Shown piece by piece: positions 54,801 through 64,000 of a stretch of DNA of 64,000 bases. A program made the position numbers and the translations under genes. The DNA is from Sphaeroforma arctica JP610. Taxonomy: Eukaryota. The notes under the pieces were generated by a model. It had not been told where the DNA came from, ran no database searches, and was given only the letters and a program-made list of their open reading frames with translations. Each line of letters opens with the position of its first letter. Position 1 is the first letter of the stretch. The DNA lies in NCBI RefSeq assembly GCF_001186125.1, contig NW_014040521.1, forward strand, positions 110,671-174,670, read 5' to 3'.

Positions 54801-56849
54801 TTTCAAGCCAAATTTAATAGCCCCACTTACTTCGAATTTATCATGTAATCCCCTGCTGAGGGGTACCGAGAGACTCTGATACTCTAGATACATAGAGGAT
54901 GACCGATATCTTATCCCAAAGTAAAGTACTACAGGATATTAAGTATACAGTATATGAGGGCTCCTAGAAAGGAAAAGGAGGGTCCTTTCCAGTAATACCC
55001 TTCGAGGGGGAACGTCCTAGTAATTACCTTTATTCTTATTGTCGCACCTATCGTCCGATATACGGGTAAACCCGATAGAGTACGGTGCCGAACTAGATGT
55101 TTATTGACTGTGACTAGCCTATTACCCATATTGTTACTTTTATTCGTTGATGGCTAACTAATCCACTTAAAATCGGTGGTTCATTAAAACCTTTCGTACA
55201 TGTTCGATTAGTGAGTCTCACAGCGATGCTGGCATCTGTTCTTATGCTTTATTTCTGGGTTTTAAACCACAGAAGCCAACCATATGTAACTCTTCACTAC
55301 CTGTTAGAAGAGCTCTGCCCCACACAACTGACCTATATAAAGGGTCCCGCCTGATCCTGCAGGGATCTCACTGAATGTCAGTGTCATTCGCTCCTATGGG
55401 TATCGCTGACATTTGTGATCTCTCATCCCTGACGGGGTTCACTTCAAAGAAAGTACAAGAGTAAAGGCCACCCACACCATAAGCAGTTAAGCTAACCTAT
55501 GGTGTAATACTGCCAGGTTAGCTATATACCTAGTAGAATAGAAAAGCTGTAGCTCCCTGAGCTTTCATAGCTTTTTGGTCTGAACCGTTCCTTGCTATTG
55601 CTATTCACACGAAAAATAGGCAACCTTCGAGTACGGCTATTTTATCGGGCGGGGGGGGGGGGGGGGCGGATTGCTCTCTCTACACTAAAGGCAATAAATC
55701 TTTTGACAATAACTTATCGCTGTCGACAACTACCCCTGTATAAACAACTACCTGAGAGACTACAGGAGTAGACGTATTTCTGAATATGTTAATAACGGTT
55801 TACGTCGTCAGCCCGAGAGCAAATTGGGACTTGCCCTCAAATTAATACATGTATAGGTGGCTCCGCCCGAGAGAACGTAAAGGTACTTTGAGAATTCTTC
55901 TCAGATTATTATATCTATAGGACACAGGCCACCGGCTAGTCGAGAGCCGAGGTCCGAGACTGAGTGTACATAACAGAGAATATGATATATTTATTTCTAG
56001 AAAATATATCCGAGTGCTAAAGTGTTCTGCATAAGGTTTCTCATACTGATCATATAAGTTTTTACCCTGGCTGGCCCAAGTGGTTGAACACCAGTACAAA
56101 CACCATCAGTATATAACTGAGGGTGAGATCATTAATAAATTCATTCGAACGCATTATTCTTTAGATATTTGCACTTTATTTAAAGTCTACTACCTTGCAC
56201 TCTAACACTACCCTTATATACACAACTTCCTCAATTGAAGAAATAGTCAGCTTTGGCTAATCATATATCTAGGGATAATATTATTTATTTGCTACCATAT
56301 CCTACACCACATATATCTAGTGTTAAAATTTTCTACTATCGAAAAAAGAAGCATATCATTATACTATCTTACAAACATCACAATCTTTATTTTCGAACCA
56401 ATTCCGCTCTCTGTCTTAAAAAAGTATCTTATCTACTGGTAATAACCTACATCTGTTGACAGCTACCCTTATATAAACAACTTCTTAAGTAGAGGGGTCA
56501 TCAGTCACTGTAATTTATGTATTGGCTAATCATTTCGCTAGTGTTGTAATTTATACTCTCGAGGAGAGAAACATATCGTTGTATTATATCACAAATATTC
56601 TTTATCTTTCTTTTCGAGGGAGATAACTCGAACCTACATGTGTTTCATATCTTAAACATATCCTAATTATTCCATAGAGAGACCTAATTATTATGACCGC
56701 ATAAGTAACTCTATCGTTATATTACAAATATTAACTAGAATGAACAGGTGATTATATGCTCGATTTCCGTGGACGACGATCTTTCAACCTGTTTAGAGAG
56801 ACTTCACTGACAGAGGCAATCATATCTCACACGTATAACCTCGATTACC

Positions 56850-57962
56850 CCATTCATCAACCTTTGTCTATTCCGTGAATATAAGAGAGGACATATTTTT
56901 GGAGTAAATATGTGTATGTGTTATCTCTATTCGATTCTATCAATGGACATTTGGTGTCTACTTGTATCTTATCGTCAGGCAATGCGACTGCTATCGGTTG
57001 TAGCTGCTGAAAGTCCTTTCGAGAATTTTGTTCTTGAGACATGGTACACACCCTTCAATGTATTGTTTTACATTTTCTTTCTGATATAACCATGCGTGGC
57101 CATCTAATCGTAGCTTGTTTATGTTTCTTCAACTATATACCCTACTAGGTGGTACTGTATTGTTAGAATAGCTCTTGTTTCATTATATATGACCGTGTCT
57201 AAATCTGCCGACTCGTCCGCGGTTTGTACCGCCGAGATATCTATGGATGGGTATGCTAGTTTCTGGTCAAAGTATATTGACTTTGTGCCTATCTTGACTA
57301 CTAGTTTGATCCCCCACGACATCCTGCCGTAAACTGCCGAGCCTGCTTACAATAACGTGTTATTCGTGTTTTCTACTATCATCTGGTCTTGTTCTACTAG
57401 TGACAAGAATTTGGGGAACCACGTTGCATTTGGGTAGCAGGGTACACATATTGTGATACATGGATTCCTCTATAACCTTAACAGGAACCTCTGATGTTAT
57501 CTCCCAGGAAGGATTCGCCCATGCGTTCATCTTATTTGCCCACTTTTGAAGTAGTGCATTCTGTTCTTTGGTGTAGGGATTGACTGTGTGTGCATTATGT
57601 GCTGTCGCGAATAACTATGTGATGGTGAAATTCCCAAACATGCGTTCTGCTTCGTTATAGAATCGTGGATGTGGTTTCCAGTCGGTAGCAGAACCCGGAT
57701 GGGCATGTTTGTTCCAAGTTTCAAGTATAGTGCATTCTTGACCATTGTGTGTGCTCTTGAAAGCTTCCGTCAACACATTTGCTGTTTGACGTTGAAGGTA
57801 TCTTCCTATAATCGTGATAGCATGTCGGCCATTCGGTTGTCTTTGCCAGGCACATTGCAAATTGTGAAGTGGTGCTAAAATGTTTTTGCTATCCACTTTG
57901 CCAGCATGATATGCAGCGTTTGCTGATGGTTCATCTGACATAGCGCCTTGGGATCTAATCAC
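56850..57962 (-). mobile_element. Decayed Ty3/gypsy-like LTR retrotransposon pol fragment: RNase H end, Dam-like adenine methyltransferase, integrase N-terminus
   Basis: RNase H end DPKAL...HHFTICNVPGKDNRMADMLSRL. MTase DWKPHPRF...FG...*LFATAHN...YTKEQNALLQKW...AWANPSW...VPCYPNATWFP. Integrase DGHAW...GCVPC...LQPIAVALPDDKIQVD. Contains stops and frameshifts. Confidence 0.8.
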
Positions 57963-58444
57963 AGCTTTATATCGCCTTCTTTGATGTACTCTGAAAAGTC
58001 ACTATCGCTTGAAACTCTTTCGTATTCGTCCCATACATTTGTTATGCGGGGCTTAAACCTTTCGAGAAATGGATAATATCTCGTTTGACCCCGTCTATGA
58101 TTTGGAATAGACAGTCTACTTAAGCATGTGTCATTTATGATATGGAATCACTAATGATTACGGAATAGGAAACTGCCTATTCCAATGATTCTGTAGTTTT
58201 GGGGTTTGAATTGGCGTTGTGATAATCTGGTCCCCAATTTTGTACTTCTGAGTCTGCATAGGAGTGGATAGTAAAATACTACATTACTAGACTATCTTTA
58301 GGTTGATGGTTTTGTACAGGGAGAAACTTGTTTCTTAAGGGTAGATGAAAAATCTGCCATCATTACCTATTCTTACATATTACCTAATTAATTATACTAT
58401 TATGGGAGATCGGAGTCAGTCTTGATATGTACTCTCAATTGATA

Positions 58445-59640
58445 TCAACCGGGCATAGGAAAATGCATCTCAACGGTGGCTCTACAACCGAGTCGTTGGT
58501 CCTCATCCACCTGGCGTGGGGGCGGCACATGCTTCAAGGTGAGAAAAGTAAGATTGTTCCTTAGTATCAGTAAAACTTGGTTAAGTGCCCCGTCTCGTGC
58601 ACTTTCTGTTGCTCGCTGATCATTTATCAATGCTCTTAGCTGAGCGCGCAGTCGGTATAGTGTAAGACTATCAGCATATGCAATGTCTGATTCATGCATC
58701 CAGAACGGCCTGTGGTCGAGTATCAAGAAGTACTGAGTCTCCTCAGCTGGTTGTACTTGGCTATTGGGAGTTAATTCTTCCGAAACATCGACCTTCTTGA
58801 CGAAGATCGCTGACCGAGTTAAGAAGGCTGCCGACAAAGTACCCGGTGCCCTCCTTGCTTATTATTTTGAATGGCCCACCATATGGTTATATCATTTTGT
58901 TCATTTCACCTTGATATCACAATGTCCCCTTCCTGGAAGTGTACATACTTTCTTTTTTTTGGTATATTCAGCCATATGCTGTGCGTTGTTTTTTTCTTCT
59001 TCTTGATATTGCGCAACATTAGTGTATAGTTGTGGTATAATTGACTCTTTTGGATTCTGCTGTCGCTGTTCCCATGATGCTGTCATAGTAGTTGGTGCGT
59101 TCATTGATGTGTTGTAGTCCGTGAGTTGGTCTTGTCTGCGTCCAATGTACACATTAAATCTAGTTGAGTTGTGTCTTCTCGATGAACGCAAATTGCGACC
59201 CATTTGTACGAATGGAAGTCGAGAACACCGGTTACCTGGAAAATGTTTATCAATTTCCTTAACAATGGCATGAGGTCTCTACGTGATCGCCCGTTTGCGC
59301 CTAAGACTTTGGGTTGGTACGAGTGAGAGACTTGGTGTTGTGTCGACGCTTGTTCAAATAGATTCGAGAGTGTTATATCAATAATATATTCAATGCTTTG
59401 ATCTGTTGGCATGATTTGTGGGGACCCATGTTCACACATTATTGGTACCAGCGTTCTTGCTACAGTGGCGTGTGAAGTATGATGAGTGTACACCTTGCCA
59501 CACAATCACTTACGCGTTATCTCTGTTGGAGTCTAGTAACGGGCTTATGGTGTCCACTTGGTTTTGTCACCATGAAACGGGATGGAACCCCTTTTTATAA
59601 ATTTGTTCTTGAGACACCGTACACATCCCTTGACTTGTTT
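58445..59640 (-). mobile_element. Decayed gypsy-like integrase fragment (CxxC, core, GPF motif, chromodomain-like tail)
   Basis: GCVRCLKN...KGFHP; EHGSPQIMPTDQSIEY...SYQPKVLGANGR; PYGGPFKII; QYFLILDHR..FWMHESDI. Frameshifted. Confidence 0.75.
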
Positions 59641-61200
59641 GTAAACCTGTTGTTTTAAAAGGTACTTAGTAAAGTATTGACGGACAAGGCGTCCGCGACA
59701 GCGTGTCTCCCGTTGAACACTCGGGCGCCATGGTTTCCTCTGCTTCTATCGATGATGCAAGCAGATCCATTGCTGATCCCGCGCACAGCCCATACGTTCT
59801 TGAAACATGGCACACAGGCATGTGGGAAGTATCCATGGGAACATACGGAGGTGGTACGTATTGGCCATCCATCGGGTTATAAAGTTTCTCCATCATTCTG
59901 GTATAACTTGGGTCTCGAAGTACCTGTGTGTGAGGAAGCTAAGGATCGTTATCAAGAAACATGGGCGCAACCAGCCATGACCAAACGGACACGACAGATT
60001 GCGGAACAGGTGACTGAGATTTGTGCAGGGGCGACGGTGATAAATCATCCTGTACATGAAGAAGCTAATCGACGGGTACAGCTTACTTGGCAGTTTCATG
60101 AACAAGGACATCCTGCTCCAGCGATCACAGTGCAACAGATGCGAGACGATGGACACAATTGGGACCAAATGCTTCCAATCACGGAAGAGGTCCATAAATT
60201 ATGTCGCACATGTTTAGGTAATGACACTATGAAGAAGGGATTTCATCCTTTAATGAGTATTACGGCACACTATCCATGGGACCATATTCAAATGGATCTC
60301 ATTCAGATGGCAGTGACATCTACTAAAGGCAACAAGTTTATTATACATGTCTTGGATGTCGCATCCGGCAACTCTATTTTACGGGCGCTGCCTGCAAAAG
60401 ATGCTAAGACGATGGAGACAGAGTTAGTATCGGGTTAGTGAGCATGGCTTTCCTCGTTGAAAATTCAGAGTGATGAGGGGACTGAATTTGTCAACAACAT
60501 TGTCAGGGCTATAACACGAGCACTCAGAATTATACACAAGTCATTTCAACCATACCGTCCTCAAACATTGGGTGCGGCAGAGCGCCGACATAAAGAATTT
60601 CACAAATGTGTGCACGCGCTTTGTGTTGGCTGTCCGTAATTCTGGGATGAACGCTTACCTTTTACTATGCTTTACCAGAACCTCCGGATATCACGTCGAC
60701 ACATGTCAGCACCATTTAATATTTACTTTGGGCGCCGCTATGTTCCATTTGCAGACATGACTGATGACCTACCTGATCACATTCCCAAAACGAATGATGC
60801 ATGGCTTAAGCGATGACCTTGAGAAAACAATTCTGCCAAAACTTCATCAGAAAACTACCAAGTAAACTGATGCTATGGCTGAGGCCACTGACCAGATGCG
60901 GAAATTTGATTTAATTGAATTTAAGCCAGGGGACGTGGTCATGATACTCGCACAAGGAGCGACTACCAAAGCCATGAAGCCCTTGCTGGGCCCATACGTA
61001 ATTCACAGCCGTGTGAATCAGAGATACCATCTACGAGACAAGGATGGCAGCAAACCACCGGAACTCAGAGACCGTCCAGTTAATGTGAAGATTATTCGGC
61101 TAGTTCACCGGGCTACAGAGCCACCGCTAGATGAATCGCTAAGGAGAGAAGGGGGATCGACATTCCGGCACATCATATCACACCGTCACAATGAGGCGAT
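59641..61200 (+). mobile_element. Decayed gypsy-like element: C-terminal half of the Dam-like MTase fused to an integrase with HHCC, DD35E, GPY and a chromo-like start
   Basis: KVLSKVLTDKASATACLPLNTRAPWFPLL; HEQGH...CRTC; WDHIQMD; SDEGTEF with exactly 35 residues between the D and the E of AERR; WDERLP...SAPFNIYFGR; FKPGDVV...LGPYVI; FRHIISHR. Confidence 0.88.
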
Positions 61201-61694
61201 TCTGTCTGGCTGGGGCTGCGCCCTTGCTGCATGCATGAGTGACGTCTGCACGAGAGGATACACACTCACACGTTATCATTAAAAAGTAAACTTACGTAGA
61301 CTTTGAGACATGAATACAATACTTGCACGACATATACAGGATAGGATATTAGTTATCATTACAATAGTCTTATTTATCATATACAATTCACATAGGTCAA
61401 GTATAACGGCTACGATACTACAACACAATCGCAGAGCGATATCCACACGTATATACATATTCATAACAAATACTACAGCAACTATACATATAGGCTTAAT
61501 TAAATTACATTATAAGATCGCATTGAGAAAACATTAATACATCCCAGTGATACGTGGGTGATGTGATATAGTGTCCTTGATGCGACACATGTACCACAGC
61601 CCAACACTATACATGCATAGGCATGGCATAACACTTTGGACATAAACATACGAAACAGAACGTCATGTGGCAAGGATATCTATATGCTTAGAGT

Positions 61695-62180
61695 ACAGGC
61701 GAGCACCCTGTTGGCTCTAACTCAACGGCGAGCAACCCTGAGGACACGGCGCATTGAACTTTGTGTGAGCTCGGTTATCATCCGCAGCTTCGAGCGTATT
61801 ATGTTTATTTAGATGCTGAGAATGCGGGCAAACACCCTGTATATTCTTACTCAGAGGTGAGCAACCCTGAGGACACGGCACATTGAATTTTGCGTGAGCA
61901 CTACAGTCGGTGAACAGCCGCAGCTTCGAGCGTGTTGCATAGTCGCCCTGAGTGGTGTTGAGTTGGATAACGTTATTACGTAAAAGTCGGAAAGTGTTAC
62001 ATAACTACGTAGGAGGCGGAACATGTACAACATCATTACGCAAGAGTCGGAACATGTACGAATTATTACCTAACAAGTCGGAACATTAGCATCATTACGT
62101 AAGAGGCGGACCATGTATAACATTATTACACAAGAGTCGGAACATGTATCACTATTACGTAAAAGTCAGAACGTGTAAGG
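61695..62180. repeat. Direct repeat pair (gagcaaccctgaggacacggc...ccgcagcttcgagcgt) followed by ~7 copies of a ~30-bp minisatellite (cattacgtaagagtcggaacatgta)
   Basis: Pair at ~61727 and ~61856. Minisatellite at ~61965-62177. Confidence 0.85.
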
Positions 62181-62560
62181 CGCTGTGACGGAGTCACCGA
62201 ATGCGCGCCCAACTCGAGTATGCTTCAGAGGACACGACACTATACTCGCACACTCGCTCACAGTTAACAATACATCAAGAAGTATATCATATTTATACTC
62301 GAGAAGATAATGATACAACATCGATGAAGGAGCTGACTACGCACGGCAGGTATAGGTTATCTCTGAGCATCGTTTATTCATAAGACGGGCTTGTATCTGC
62401 TTCGTCGAACCTGTGATGAACAAGGAAGAAAGAGGATATGCTGACATTCGAACAAGTACCAAGTATAACGACAGGTTTCTGCACCCTCGTAGACGAAGGG
62501 GTGCGAAATACATTTTCTGTCATGAACGTATTGCTTTTAGTCTAATGGTGGGATCCTCTA

Positions 62561-63458
62561 NNNNNNNNNNNNNNNNNNNNNNNNNNNNNNNNNNNNNNNN
62601 NNNNNNNNNNNNNNNNNNNNNNNNNNNNNNNNNNNNNNNNNNNNNNNNNNNNNNNNNNNNNNNNNNNNNNNNNNNNNNNNNNNNNNNNNNNNNNNNNNNN
62701 NNNNNNNNNNNNNNNNNNNNNNNNNNNNNNNNNNNNNNNNNNNNNNNNNNNNNNNNNNNNNNNNNNNNNNNNNNNNNNNNNNNNNNNNNNNNNNNNNNNN
62801 NNNNNNNNNNNNNNNNNNNNNNNNNNNNNNNNNNNNNNNNNNNNNNNNNNNNNNNNNNNNNNNNNNNNNNNNNNNNNNNNNNNNNNNNNNNNNNNNNNNN
62901 NNNNNNNNNNNNNNNNNNNNNNNNNNNNNNNNNNNNNNNNNNNNNNNNNNNNNNNNNNNNNNNNNNNNNNNNNNNNNNNNNNNNNNNNNNNNNNNNNNNN
63001 NNNNNNNNNNNNNNNNNNNNNNNNNNNNNNNNNNNNNNNNNNNNNNNNNNNNNNNNNNNNNNNNNNNNNNNNNNNNNNNNNNNNNNNNNNNNNNNNNNNN
63101 NNNNNNNNNNNNNNNNNNNNNNNNNNNNNNNNNNNNNNNNNNNNNNNNNNNNNNNNNNNNNNNNNNNNNNNNNNNNNNNNNNNNNNNNNNNNNNNNNNNN
63201 NNNNNNNNNNNNNNNNNNNNNNNNNNNNNNNNNNNNNNNNNNNNNNNNNNNNNNNNNNNNNNNNNNNNNNNNNNNNNNNNNNNNNNNNNNNNNNNNNNNN
63301 NNNNNNNNNNNNNNNNNNNNNNNNNNNNNNNNNNNNNNNNNNNNNNNNNNNNNNNNNNNNNNNNNNNNNNNNNNNNNNNNNNNNNNNNNNNNNNNNNNNN
63401 NNNNNNNNNNNNNNNNNNNNNNNNNNNNNNNNNNNNNNNNNNNNNNNNNNNNNNNNNN
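62561..63458. other. Assembly gap (N run)
   Basis: Run of N, flanked on the right by AT-rich low-complexity sequence. Confidence 1.
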
Positions 63459-64000
63459 ACTACATATATACATCCATTATATACAATTTACATACATATA
63501 ATATATATTGTACATTTATATATAAACCAACCATCATGCATATACATGATAACATAATATACATTATACATATACACATGTATAGTAATAACAATAAATA
63601 TACTTATAATAAAATATATTTTATAATATATACATATTATAATATATATATATCATTCATGTACGGTTAAATATATATAATCAATATATAAGCGATGGTG
63701 AGCATGAACACAAATAGTAAATTGATTTAACATAGAGGCAAGGGTGTAGAGACGCTCACATACATGTATAAAAACATATAATCGGCATATATACATATAA
63801 CATGCTACAACATCGTAAACATTATACAAATTGAATCAACTGATTCAATTCGACGTTACAAACACGAGGTTATATGGGAATAAATACTTTAACAACGAGC
63901 CTGCATCTGACACAGAAGCCATACACTCGTCGAAATCCACATCACGATATCCCAGTCAACAGTATCGGGCATAGGGCCACAGATACTCTTCATTTAGCTG

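Noticed and set aside
52150..56450. Possible further decayed TE coding fragments (SRASEY at ~53360, GPY-like at ~55920, interrupted frame at ~52180-52485)
   Set aside because: The motifs are too short and degenerate to assign by eye. A tyrosine recombinase here would matter for the DIRS alternative, so a frameshift-aware HMM search is warranted.
62413..63501. 362-aa and 317-aa ORFs
   Set aside because: Artefacts of the N gap.

Overview
Intron-rich eukaryotic genomic DNA with GT-AG introns, many (TA)n/(TG)n microsatellites and three N gaps. The style suggests a unicellular opisthokont such as an ichthyosporean, but that is inference only. The first ~46 kb is gene-dense: the first exon of an unknown gene, a kinesin-7/CENP-E-like motor whose tail appears extended by a tandem duplication, a secreted two-domain saposin-like protein, a JmjC oxygenase head-to-head with a TPR-SET-MYND (SMYD4-like) methyltransferase, a single-exon KLHDC-like kelch gene, a multi-TM LicD/FKRP-family gene, histone H1 and nicotinamidase. 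From ~46 kb on it is gene-poor, with local duplications and decayed transposons. The most notable signal is at 56.8-61.2 kb: three decayed fragments of Ty3/gypsy-type LTR retrotransposons (HHCC, D-D35-E, GPY/F, chromodomain-like tail). In two diverged copies a DIRS/phage-type DNA N6-adenine methyltransferase (Dam-like) domain lies directly upstream of the DDE integrase, and in the more complete copy it sits between RNase H and integrase. Exon boundaries were read by eye and are approximate unless stated.
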